From positions 1,344,001 through 1,408,000 of the forward strand of contig OZ240215.1 of NCBI GenBank assembly GCA_965197585.1: a stretch of 64,000 bases of DNA, read 5' to 3'. A model generated the notes under the pieces. The model was not told the DNA's origin. It ran no database searches and was given only the letters and a program-made list of their open reading frames with translations. Shown piece by piece: positions 1 to 10,941 of this stretch. The number at the start of each line of letters is the position of its first letter. Positions within the stretch are counted from its first letter, which is position 1. Source of the DNA: Dehalococcoidia bacterium (GTDB taxonomy: Bacteria > Chloroflexota > Dehalococcoidia > Plut-88900). A program made the translations under genes and the position numbers.

Positions 1-75
1 ACGGTCGCCCGCAGACCGGAGCACCCTCGATATTAGAATTTATAAGCCGTAGGAGGCTACGGAGGTAGAACAAAA

Positions 76-1998
<1,923 letters not shown>

Positions 1999-2021
1999 CC
2001 CCTTCCTCATCCACAAAAGTC

Positions 2022-2066
2022 AAACGATGACCCGACATGCTGAGCATGCCGGGTCATCGTTTCTTT
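2022..2066 (+). terminator. Intrinsic terminator after dnaK
   Basis: Near-perfect 19-bp inverted repeat aaacgatgacccgacatgc/gcatgccgggtcatcgttt followed by a T-rich tail. Confidence 0.8.
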
Positions 2067-2094
2067 CGGTGTAGGGGGGTGTCCCCTGCTCTTT

Positions 2095-3438
2095 CTAGCC
2101 TACCCCGGCCAACACTGCCGCCCCAGGACTTTCCGATCCCGGATGCCCCGGCGCCCCGTAAAGCGGGCAACCCGTGCAGCTGCGCGTCGACCCGCACGGC
2201 GCAACGTGTGGCTGTACTGCCCCGGCTGGAACAATGGAGCGGGCCTCAGGCGTTGGTTCCTGGAACAGGTCCAGCCGCAGCTGCTTCGCTTTCGGGGGGC
2301 GATGGCCGGGAAACACAAGAAAGGGCCAGGCCCGCTTCTTGATAACCCCCATCAGCCGCAGGTCTGTCCACGAATCTATGGAATGCTGCCTGCGTTGCCT
2401 CAGGATCCGGTCCACAGCCGTCGGCCCCACACCCGGGGCCCGTAGCAGCTGTGCTTTCGTCGAGTGGTTTATGTCTATGGGAAAAGCGTCCAGGTTCTCC
2501 AACGCAATGACTGTCTTAGGGTCCTGGTCCATTGACAGATGCCCCGACTCATCGAAGGCCAGCTCGATCTCTTCGTTGGAAAACTTGTAGATCCGCTTCA
2601 GCCAGTCCATCTGGTAAAGCCGGTGCGACCGCGTCATGGACGTAGCCGGGTGCTCTTCAAGGGGCGTGTAGGGCACCGGCTGAAAGTTGGAGTAGTAGGC
2701 TCTCTTGAGGTTCCATTCCCCATAAAGCTGGTCTACTCGGTGAAAAATTTCCCGGTCCGACTCATTGGCCGCGCCCACCACGAACTGGGTGGCCTGACCC
2801 ACCGCCCCACCCGTCTTCTCCCGGTTCAGGTCGTTGATCCATTCCATCGGCGCCAGGATGTCCCGCTCCAGGTCCTTCATCTTGCTGAGTGTGCGCATCC
2901 TCTCGGCAGTCGGCGTCTCAATATTGACCGAAAGCCGGGTCCCGAGCTTGTGCGCCGCCTCGACGTACTGCCGCTCTGTGCCCGGCATGACTTTCATGTG
3001 GATGTATCCCTTGAAACCGTACCGTTCACGGATAATCTGCACCACGTCGATCAGCTTCGCCGTGGTCTTGGACCCGGTGCCCGCAACCCCTGAGCTGAGG
3101 AACAAACCGTCCACCGTATGGCGCTGGTGCAACTCCATAAAGGTACGCGCCAGCTCCTCCCGCTTGAAGGCGAACCTCTTCCTCGGGACCCAGTGGCTGT
3201 TGGGACAGAAGTGACAGTCCATCTTGCAAAAGTCGGTGAACATTACCCGCATCAGACTTATGGTCTTGCCATTGGGCATCGACGCCTTGTAGACGCCGGG
3301 CAGCGGGTTCTTCTTCGGGTTCGAATATGGCCTGCGCTCCTTCGGCTGCCTCTGGGGTTGGGATAGAATGTCGTCGCTGGCCATCCCTCCCAGCAGCTGG
3401 AGCTTCTCGTATGTGTCGGGCGTACGTCTGATGAGCAT
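2095..3438 (-). CDS. Putative DNA modification/repair radical SAM protein with HhH domain (TIGR03916-like)
   Basis: CxxxCxxC (CKMDCHFC), GLFLSSG, HRLYQ.DWL, HhH LLRAPGVG; start moved to ATG 3438 behind AGAGGAGG. Confidence 0.88.
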   Translation of the reverse strand: MLIRRTPDTYEKLQLLGGMASDDILSQPQRQPKERRPYSNPKKNPLPGVYKASMPNGKTISLMRVMFTDFCKMDCHFCPNSHWVPRKRFAFKREELARTFMELHQRHTVDGLFLSSGVAGTGSKTTAKLIDVVQIIRERYGFKGYIHMKVMPGTERQYVEAAHKLGTRLSVNIETPTAERMRTLSKMKDLERDILAPMEWINDLNREKTGGAVGQATQFVVGAANESDREIFHRVDQLYGEWNLKRAYYSNFQPVPYTPLEEHPATSMTRSHRLYQMDWLKRIYKFSNEEIELAFDESGHLSMDQDPKTVIALENLDAFPIDINHSTKAQLLRAPGVGPTAVDRILRQRRQHSIDSWTDLRLMGVIKKRAWPFLVFPGHRPPKAKQLRLDLFQEPTPEARSIVPAGAVQPHVAPCGSTRSCTGCPLYGAPGHPGSESPGAAVLAGVG

Positions 3439-3458
3439 GGTGTATTCCTCCTCTAATA

Positions 3459-3470
3459 GAACTTGTGTTC
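3459..3470. promoter_or_regulatory. LexA (SOS) box GAAC-N4-GTTC
   Basis: aGAACttgtGTTCt about 20 bp upstream of the repair radical SAM start; matches the Gram-positive/Chloroflexi LexA consensus. Confidence 0.8.
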
Positions 3471-3565
3471 TTATAGAATACATCAGGTTGTCAAGGGGTC
3501 ACACATAGGCATGGAAGTGGATGGTTGGTTGGTGGCGAGGCAGGTGTTGGTAGGGCCTACGCTTT

Positions 3566-3826
3566 AGAATCCTCCCGCCTGAGGCGGACCTAAGGGCGCG
3601 GGGCCTCGGAATGACGGGGGAAAGGGGGGTGGGGTGCGTGGCTGGTAGAAGGGGGTGAGTGGTGTCCTGGGCGTGAGGGCGATCGGCCAATCGCCCCTAC
3701 GGGAGGGGACGCCACCCCATTCCGTCCTTGAGACCCTTCGATGCTCCAGAGGCGCACTTGCAGCTCCGTTCAGGGCGAACGGAATTCCTCACCCATGGAT
3801 TCCCGTGTCTGGGCACGGGAATGACG
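3566..3826. repeat. Cluster of REP-like palindromic intergenic repeats
   Basis: 3566-3615 is the reverse complement of the unit at 51791-51838; GTAG-type REP gggcgatcggccaatcgcccctac 3677-3700; cccttcga...tcagggcgaacgg 3734-3782; ggattcccgtg...cacgggaatgacg 3797-3826. Confidence 0.75.
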
Positions 3827-3841
3827 GGGGGTACGCTGTTC

Positions 3842-4948
3842 TTAGGTTATCCCGTACAGCCGAGCACAGTTGTCCCACATCGTCTTCCTCCTCATCGAGC
3901 CGGACAAAGGAAGCTCCATGAACAGGTCCACGGCATGGGGGAACTTTGAGTCGGGGTGTGGGTAATCGGTGGAGAGGACCAGGTTGTCGTCCAGTCCGTA
4001 GCTCTCCACCATAGCCGCGGGTGATTCCTCGGGCTCCACGGACACATAGCACTGCCGCTTGAAGTAGTCCCCTGGAGTCATCGTGAGGCCTGGCGCCTCC
4101 ATCTTCCCTGAGAACTCGAAGTGATCATCCAGCCGCCACATCAGCCACGGGACCCAGGAGCAGTTGGCCTCCAGGAACGCCACACGCAGCGACGGAAACC
4201 GCTCCAACACCCCTCCCCCAATCATGCTTACCGCAGCCATCATCATCTCCATAGAATGACAACACGTGTGAAACAGCCAGTAGTCTCCCTCGAACTGGGA
4301 CCCGGCCTCCGCCATCGGCACGTGAGACCCCTCATGAAACCCGACCGCCGCGTCCAGCGCTTCTATCTGTTCCCAAAGCGAATCGTAATATGGATCGTGC
4401 CAGTTCCTCCCCAGGTACAGGTTGGGTCTCAGGAACACCCCCCTGAACCCGAGCTGTTTTACGCACCGGCTCGCCTCCCTAACCGCTTCTCCGACATCCG
4501 TCGGGCAAACCATGCCGACGCCCTTCATACGGTCAGGGAAGAGGTTGCAGAAGTCCGACATCCAGTCGTTGTAAGCCCGCGCAATCGCCGCTCCGAAATC
4601 CGGCTCCAGCTTGTCCGTCGCCACGGCGAACAATCCCCTGGACGGGTACATTAACGCCATGTCCATCCCCTCCTCGTCCATGGCCCGGACCTGCGACCTC
4701 GAGTCCCAACCACTCTCTATCGAGTCTCGGTACACCTCCAGGGGGCCGGCCTTCTCTTCGAACAGGTCGTCGTGGACGTCTCTCGGGATCTGCTCCCCGT
4801 CGATCTCTACACACAAGTCCTGCTGGTAACGAGCCAGGCCCACGGGCGCGCGCGCCCTGTACTCCGGGTCTATGTAGCGCTGCCACAGATCCACCGGCTC
4901 GATGACGTGCATGTCCGAATCCATGAAATTCAAACCATTCTTGCTCAT
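3842..4948 (-). CDS. Amidohydrolase 2 family protein (TIM-barrel metallo-hydrolase/decarboxylase)
   Basis: DSDMH metal motif, AYNDW, FLEANCSW, STDYPHPD; start MSKNG behind GGAGGGG. Confidence 0.92.
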   Translation of the reverse strand: MSKNGLNFMDSDMHVIEPVDLWQRYIDPEYRARAPVGLARYQQDLCVEIDGEQIPRDVHDDLFEEKAGPLEVYRDSIESGWDSRSQVRAMDEEGMDMALMYPSRGLFAVATDKLEPDFGAAIARAYNDWMSDFCNLFPDRMKGVGMVCPTDVGEAVREASRCVKQLGFRGVFLRPNLYLGRNWHDPYYDSLWEQIEALDAAVGFHEGSHVPMAEAGSQFEGDYWLFHTCCHSMEMMMAAVSMIGGGVLERFPSLRVAFLEANCSWVPWLMWRLDDHFEFSGKMEAPGLTMTPGDYFKRQCYVSVEPEESPAAMVESYGLDDNLVLSTDYPHPDSKFPHAVDLFMELPLSGSMRRKTMWDNCARLYGIT

Positions 4949-5358
4949 CTTCTCCCCTCCCATGCCAATGCCTTATGTCGATTCCCATGCCTAATTATAA
5001 ACGCTCATTCCCCTCTCTCACCCGACCATGTGACATCGGCCCCTTACTCCGCTTGTCCGCGCACCCCTATAATGCCCTAAACCCATGCATCTCCTCATTT
5101 CCATTTTTCAGAGCCCCATACCTCGGAGAACACGCGGGAATTCTCCCGCGGAACAATCAAGCAGGCACGGGCTTTCGATTGAGTCAATCAAACCCCCTCA
5201 CAAGACCCCCCCCCCAAGACGCCAATACCGGGACCCCTGAAAAGAGCCCCATCCCCTCCCTCTAAGGGCAACCCGAGTGGGTGACTAACGAACTCGAAAG
5301 GGATAAACTACCTTCCGGACTATCCCCTATCTGCATATTGGCAAGGAGAACCTTATCC

Positions 5359-5559
5359 ATGGAAGGCGCTACCATCCAGCCCACCGAGGACGGCCCCTAC
5401 GAGGTCACCGGCGAATTCACCGTAGTCGACCACAACGGGAAGGAATACAAGAAGCGCAAGAAAGTGTTCCTTTGCCGTTGCGGCGGGTCCGCCATGAAGC
5501 CCTACTGCGACGGCACTCACGTATCCAACGGTTTCAAGGACGCATCGGAAGCCAAGTAA
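5359..5559 (+). CDS. CDGSH iron-sulfur domain protein
   Basis: DGPY...LCRCGGSAMKPYCDGTH; AAGGAG RBS before ATG 5359. Confidence 0.92.
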   Translation: MEGATIQPTEDGPYEVTGEFTVVDHNGKEYKKRKKVFLCRCGGSAMKPYCDGTHVSNGFKDASEAK

Positions 5560-5579
5560 CCGAGCCCCGGAGTTCAGTC

Positions 5580-6728
5580 ATGCGGTTCGACAGCACCGTC
5601 TACTACCACTTCGGCGAGGTGTACCCCTGGGACAAGCTCACCGATGAATTCCGGGAAATCGCCGGTATCCTGGACCAGGCCGGGTTCACCACCGTGTGGC
5701 TCGCAGAGCACCACTTCTCCTGGGACGGCTGGAACCGAGCCATGACCAACCCAATCCTCGTCGGCGCCGACCTCGCCGCCCACACCCAGCGTATTCGGGT
5801 CGGCCAGTGTGGCGTCATACTCCCCGACTGGCATCCCATCCGCGTCGCCGAAGACATCGCCATGCTCGACAACATGACCAAGGGTCGCGTCGACTTCGGC
5901 ATCGCCCGCGGCTACGACAGCCGTTCCGCTCTCCAGTTCAATGTCCACGCCGACAGGTTGAACGCCGGTCAGAACTACGCCCTCTTCGCCGAGACCCTGG
6001 ACATCATCAAGCGTGCTTGGACCGAAGAAGTCTTCCGCCACGAAGGCAAGTTCTACACCTTCCCCGTACCCGGCTGGAAAGAGCCGAATCCCGTAACCCA
6101 TGACCCCCGCTTCCACAACGAGGACGGCGAGATGGTCGCCTTCAGCGTTTACCCCAAACCCTTCCAGAAACCCCACCCTCCCATCTACCAGATGGCCGAT
6201 TCCGTCACGTCCCACAAATTCGCGGCGGCCCGGGACGTTGGCGTTATCAGCATGCGCAGCACCATGGAGAAGATCAAAGAGCACTGGGCCGGATACGCTG
6301 AGAGCGCCAACGACGTGCTGCTCGGCCCGAACCCCGCGCCCCGGAAGCTGGCCGTAATGCGGCCCACGTACGTGGCCGAGACCCGAGAGCAGGCCATACA
6401 GGACATTCGGGAGGGGCTCAACTACCGTGAGAGGCTCACTTCCACCGACATACCCCGCTCTCGAAAGGCGATGCTCTCCGAGGGAGAGTTCACGGAAGAC
6501 GACCTGCTCGCGGACTGCTTTGAATTTGAGGACTCCCGCAACTTGATATTCGTCGGTACCCCGGACTCCGTGTCGGAGCAGATCGAGATGTATCAGGAGG
6601 AGCTCGGACTTGACCACCTGGTTCTCTTCCACAACATCCCCGGCCTCACCCACGAAAAGGTGATGAAGAGCCTATCCCTCTTCTCCGAAAAGGTGCTGCC
6701 CCGCTTCCAGAACGGCCCCGTGTCCTGA
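5580..6728 (+). CDS. Luciferase-like monooxygenase (LLM class flavin-dependent oxidoreductase)
   Basis: WLAEHHF, HPIRVAEDIAMLD, GRVDFGIARG, PKPFQKPHPPI. Confidence 0.93.
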   Translation: MRFDSTVYYHFGEVYPWDKLTDEFREIAGILDQAGFTTVWLAEHHFSWDGWNRAMTNPILVGADLAAHTQRIRVGQCGVILPDWHPIRVAEDIAMLDNMTKGRVDFGIARGYDSRSALQFNVHADRLNAGQNYALFAETLDIIKRAWTEEVFRHEGKFYTFPVPGWKEPNPVTHDPRFHNEDGEMVAFSVYPKPFQKPHPPIYQMADSVTSHKFAAARDVGVISMRSTMEKIKEHWAGYAESANDVLLGPNPAPRKLAVMRPTYVAETREQAIQDIREGLNYRERLTSTDIPRSRKAMLSEGEFTEDDLLADCFEFEDSRNLIFVGTPDSVSEQIEMYQEELGLDHLVLFHNIPGLTHEKVMKSLSLFSEKVLPRFQNGPVS

Positions 6729-6766
6729 GCCCCTATCCCATTTTCCCTCGGAAGCCCGGCCAATGC

Positions 6767-7543
6767 CTACCAAACACTCCAGCCGCCGTCCACCACTATC
6801 GTCTGCCCCGTGATGAAACTTGAGTCCCTCGCCGCCAGGAAAAGCAGCGCAGTTTTCAGTTCGTCGGGCCTCCCCTGCCTCCGCATCGGCGTCCGGTACT
6901 TTATCTCCTCCGCATCCGGGTTCCCCCCGACAAACGATTGCTCGCTGGGGAAGTACCCTGGCGCCAGGGCGTTCACAGTCACCCCGCGGTCGGCCCACTG
7001 GATAGCGCAGGCCCGTGTCAGCCCCACCACGCTATGCTTCGAGATCGAGTATGCCCACGACGGACCCTGTGGCACTCCCCCCACCACCCCCAGCACCGAG
7101 GACAAATTGATAACCCGACCGTATCCTCGGGCCAGCATTCCCTTGCCTACCCGGTGCGCCAGCATCGCAGATCCGATCACGTTAGTCTCCATGACCTCAT
7201 CGAAGGCATCGAAATCTGCGTCAGTTGCGCTCTTCGCCTCAAACAGGGAGACCCCGGCGTTGTTGACCAGGATGTCGATCTTTCCGTACTCGGCCAGCAC
7301 CTGGTCCACGAAAGTGTCTATCTGGCTCGGGTCCGTCACGTCGGCCTTTACAGCCAGGCAGCGCCGGCCAAGGGCCCGTACCATCTGCGCAGTCTCCTCC
7401 ATTTTCTCGACCCTGCGGGCACAGACGGCCAAGTCTGCGCCAGCTTCAGCCAAAGCCTCGCAGAACGTCACCCCCAGCCCCGACGATGCACCCGTAACTA
7501 TCGCTGTCTGTCCGCTGAGATCAAACAGGTCATTATTAGCCAT
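6767..7543 (-). CDS. Short-chain dehydrogenase/reductase (gluconate 5-dehydrogenase/FabG-like)
   Basis: TGASSGLG, NNAG, YSISK, VNALAPG, VDGG. Confidence 0.93.
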   Translation of the reverse strand: MANNDLFDLSGQTAIVTGASSGLGVTFCEALAEAGADLAVCARRVEKMEETAQMVRALGRRCLAVKADVTDPSQIDTFVDQVLAEYGKIDILVNNAGVSLFEAKSATDADFDAFDEVMETNVIGSAMLAHRVGKGMLARGYGRVINLSSVLGVVGGVPQGPSWAYSISKHSVVGLTRACAIQWADRGVTVNALAPGYFPSEQSFVGGNPDAEEIKYRTPMRRQGRPDELKTALLFLAARDSSFITGQTIVVDGGWSVW

Positions 7544-7921
7544 TTTCCCTCGCTTAGCGGGTTCGGAATACCAACCCTGCATTCCCGCTTTACCCTTCGG
7601 ACGCCAAGCATAATTTGACAGCATGGAAACCGCAAACTTACAATTACCTGATATTCGGCCAAAAAGGCCGATCCAAGACGACTGTGGGAGATGGTGGAAA
7701 GTTTGGTTAATTCCACAGAGTTGGAATGCTTCTGTCCACTGACCCGAATGCTCGAAACTCTTCGGTTTCGGCCACAAAACGTTGCTGGCCGAGTCCTTTC
7801 CCCGTGGTCTTCGAAATCTAGGAGGTGGACTATGCCCGACACCTAGTCACCAACTTCCGTTCATTTGAAGACTCAGGGCAGGCTGCTTGGCCTGCAACCA
7901 ATCACAACGAAAGGCAGTGCA

Positions 7922-9304
7922 ATGAAGATACTCAGTAACAATTTGGGCAAGGGTTTGACCCTGCGCAAGGGCTTTATGGCCCTCTTCGCAGTCCTGGCCC
8001 TTGCCCTACTTATCGCTGCAGCTTGCGGAGAGGCCGCAACGGCAACGCCGGAAGCAATGCCGGATGAACCCACGGCTATGGCGGATGAGCCCACGGCCAT
8101 GGCAGATGAACCTACCGCCATGGCAGATGAGCCCACAGCCATGGCAGATGAACCTACCGCTATGCCTGTGCCCACTGCCATGACGGAAGCTGGCATGAGG
8201 CTGAGGTCCGAGTGGACCGTCGACAACCCCGCCACCCGTGAAGAGATCGAAGCTGAGCTCCAAAAGTACCGCGGCCAGAGCCTCGTGTTCGCCTCCTGGG
8301 GCGGCGCCTACCAGGCAGCCCAGCGTCAGGCATATGCCGTACCCTTTGCCGAGCAGTTCGGCATTGACATCATCGACGACTCCCAGCCCACCCTCGGTAA
8401 CGTCCGAGCCAGGTCCCAGTCCGGCAACGTCACCTGGCACCTGTTCGACACCGGCACCGGCTCCATCTACCAGTTGTCCAACACAGGCGACCTGGAAGAG
8501 CTGGACTTTAGCATTATCGACAACCGGGACTTCCTGGAAGTCGTAAAGTCCCCCTACATCGGTGGCGGCGGCATCACCTGGTCAGAGGTCTGGGCCTACA
8601 ACACCGACATATTCCCCGAAGATAATCAGCCTCACACAATGGTCGACATTTACGACACCGAGAAGTTCCCCGGCCGTCGCGCGTGGGCCTACTACCCGGA
8701 CCACGAGTTGGTCTTCTTCCTCTTGTCCAAGAACCCGGAACTCCTTGACACTGCCGAAGGCCGCGCCAGCCTCTCCGCCCTCACGGACGAGCAGGTTGAT
8801 CGAGCCTTCGAACTGGCCGAAGAGTACAAAGACCAGGTCGATTGGTTCTGGCAGACGGGCTCCGACTGCCCACAGAACCTGGTTAGCGGCGAAATGGACC
8901 TCTGCACCGCCTGGAACGGCCGCATCTTCGATGCTGCCAAGGAAGGCGAATCCATAAGAGTGTGCTGGGAGTGCGGCCACGTCCTAAACACCGGCGTCTT
9001 CGGCATAATCAGCGGACTTAAGGAGCAGGATCCGGAGGCCTTCGAACTGGCCCATCTCTACATGGCTTGGACCTCCTTCCCCGAAATCAACGCCCGGATG
9101 TCCCAGTTCATCACTTACGGACCTGTTAACACCAAGTCCCTGCCTTTCCTCAGCGAACCCGAGTACGATGCAGTGAGGGACGAGCTTCCTTCCTCCATCA
9201 CCAACGTTCCCTACGCCATCTTCAAAGACGAAGTCCACGTAGGTGAGCGCGCCGACATCTGGCGCGAGCGCTGGATTGAGTTCCAGCAGACTTTTGAGAA
9301 CTAG
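7922..9304 (+). CDS. ABC transporter extracellular solute-binding lipoprotein, PotD-like (paralog 1)
   Basis: Lipobox IAAA-C, SWGGAYQ, KFPGRR, AWNGRI, YGPVN. Confidence 0.9.
   Translation: MKILSNNLGKGLTLRKGFMALFAVLALALLIAAACGEAATATPEAMPDEPTAMADEPTAMADEPTAMADEPTAMADEPTAMPVPTAMTEAGMRLRSEWTVDNPATREEIEAELQKYRGQSLVFASWGGAYQAAQRQAYAVPFAEQFGIDIIDDSQPTLGNVRARSQSGNVTWHLFDTGTGSIYQLSNTGDLEELDFSIIDNRDFLEVVKSPYIGGGGITWSEVWAYNTDIFPEDNQPHTMVDIYDTEKFPGRRAWAYYPDHELVFFLLSKNPELLDTAEGRASLSALTDEQVDRAFELAEEYKDQVDWFWQTGSDCPQNLVSGEMDLCTAWNGRIFDAAKEGESIRVCWECGHVLNTGVFGIISGLKEQDPEAFELAHLYMAWTSFPEINARMSQFITYGPVNTKSLPFLSEPEYDAVRDELPSSITNVPYAIFKDEVHVGERADIWRERWIEFQQTFEN
8063..8167 (+). repeat. Five tandem 21-bp coding repeats (DEPTAMA)
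   Basis: Direct tandem repeat in the N-terminal linker of SBP1. Confidence 0.9.
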
Positions 9305-9327
9305 CATTTCCTGATACTGAATGAATA

Positions 9328-9365
9328 GGCGCCCTCCAAAAGGCCCACCCCCTTTGGAGGGCGCC
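9328..9365 (+). terminator. Intergenic hairpin between SBP1 and SBP2
   Basis: ggcgccctccaaa / tttggagggcgcc inverted repeat; no U-tract, so possibly a stabiliser rather than a terminator. Confidence 0.5.
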
Positions 9366-9403
9366 AAACCTGTCCCCCGTAGTTCCAGAGAAAGGGAGCA
9401 AAA

Positions 9404-10783
9404 ATGAAGAACATCTGCAAATATCCGGGCAAGGGCCTGACCCTGCGCAAGGGCATTTTGGCCCTCTTCGCAGTCCTGGCCCTTGCCTTACTTATCGCAG
9501 CCGCCTGTGGCGAAGCCGCAACCGTAACGCCGGAAGCAATGCCGGATGAGCCCACCGCCATGGCGGACGAGCCTACCGCTGTGGCAGATGAACCCACTGC
9601 CATAGCAGATGAACCCACTGCCATGGCAGATGAACCTACCGCTATGCCTGTGCCCACTGCCATGACGGAAGCTGGCGCCAGGCTGAGGTCCGAGTGGACC
9701 GTCGATAACCCGGCCACCCGTGAAGAGATTGAAGCCGAGCTAGCGAAGTACCGCGGCAGGAGCATCGTGTTCAGCTCCTGGGGCGGCGCCTACCAGTCCG
9801 CACAGCGCCAGGCATACGGCGTACCCTTTGCCGAACAGTTCGGTATTGAGATCATCGATGACAGTCAGCCCACCGTCGGCAGGGTCCGGGCCATGCAGGA
9901 GTCAGGCAACGTTGCATGGCACGTCTTCGACACCGGCGGCGGCTCCATCCATGCCCTGGCCAATGGCGGCTCCCTCGAAGAGCTGGACTTCAGCATCATT
10001 GACACCCGGGACTTCCTGGAAGTCCTTAAAGCTCCCTACATCGGTGGTGGCGGCATCACCTGGTCCGAGACCTGGGCCTACAACACAGACATCTACCCAG
10101 AGGGCTCCCAACCCCAGAACATGGCTGACATCTACGACACCGAGAAATTCCCGGGACGCCGTTCCTGGAGCCAGTTCCCGGACGCTGAGATAGTTTTCGC
10201 CCTGCTGTCTGAAAATCCTGACCTCATAAACAGCGCCGAGGGCAGAGCCAGTCTCTCAGCGCCCAACGAAGAGCAAGTAGACCGCGCCTTCGAGCTTTTT
10301 GAAGAGTACCGGGACCAGCCAAACATCTTCTGGACCACAGGGTCCGACTGCCCGCAGTTCCTTCTCAGCGGCGAAGCCGACCTGTGCACCAACTGGAACG
10401 GACGCATCTACGACGCCGCCAAAGAAGGTGCACCTCTAAAGATCTGCTGGGAATGCGGACACGTCCTGAACACAGACGGTTGGGGCATCATCAAGGGCCT
10501 CAAGGAGCAGGACCCCGAGACCTTCGAGCTAACACAGCTGTATATGGCCTGGACCTCCTTCCCGGAGATCAACTCCCGGATGGCCCAGTTCATCACCTAC
10601 GGCCCCGTCAACACCAAGGCGTTGGCAGCCCTGTCTGACCCCATCTACGATGAAGTCAGAGACGAGCTTCCTTCCTCGCCCACCAACATCCCATACGCCG
10701 TTATCAACAATGAAGTGCACCGGGCCGCAAACCTGGACGCTTGGCGTGAGAGATACGAGGCTTGGAAAGGCACACTGAATTAG
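9404..10783 (+). CDS. ABC transporter extracellular solute-binding lipoprotein, PotD-like (paralog 2)
   Basis: Same motifs as paralog 1; lipobox IAAAC. Confidence 0.9.
   Translation: MKNICKYPGKGLTLRKGILALFAVLALALLIAAACGEAATVTPEAMPDEPTAMADEPTAVADEPTAIADEPTAMADEPTAMPVPTAMTEAGARLRSEWTVDNPATREEIEAELAKYRGRSIVFSSWGGAYQSAQRQAYGVPFAEQFGIEIIDDSQPTVGRVRAMQESGNVAWHVFDTGGGSIHALANGGSLEELDFSIIDTRDFLEVLKAPYIGGGGITWSETWAYNTDIYPEGSQPQNMADIYDTEKFPGRRSWSQFPDAEIVFALLSENPDLINSAEGRASLSAPNEEQVDRAFELFEEYRDQPNIFWTTGSDCPQFLLSGEADLCTNWNGRIYDAAKEGAPLKICWECGHVLNTDGWGIIKGLKEQDPETFELTQLYMAWTSFPEINSRMAQFITYGPVNTKALAALSDPIYDEVRDELPSSPTNIPYAVINNEVHRAANLDAWRERYEAWKGTLN
9545..9649 (+). repeat. Five tandem 21-bp coding repeats (DEPTA[M/V/I]A)
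   Basis: Tandem repeat in the SBP2 linker. Confidence 0.88.
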
Positions 10784-10799
10784 TCTAGTTTGACATTGC

Positions 10800-10852
10800 A
10801 GGCGCCCCCCGGCAGGACTCCAAGCCTACGGGGGGCGCCTCTGTTTTTGTTT
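10800..10852 (+). terminator. Intrinsic terminator after SBP2
   Basis: aggcgcccccc/ggggggcgcct stem then ctgtttttgttt. Confidence 0.7.
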
Positions 10853-10941
10853 CAATGCTCTTGAAGAAAGGAGGAGTTTGCCACTGGTATTTTTGCAACC
10901 AATAGTATATGTTTTGTTGAATTAGAGTGAGGAGAGGAACT

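Noticed and set aside
1-75. CIRCE or HspR operator upstream of dnaK
   Set aside because: No matching inverted repeat in the 75 bp available; the upstream region is outside the window.
5574-6653. Long antisense ORFs (also 10993-12009, 14880-15779, 24898-25698, 56892-57785)
   Set aside because: They overlap well-supported genes on the opposite strand, as is typical in GC-rich DNA.
8063-8167. 21-bp tandem repeats as a CRISPR array
   Set aside because: No spacers; in-frame coding repeats with synonymous variation; no cas genes.
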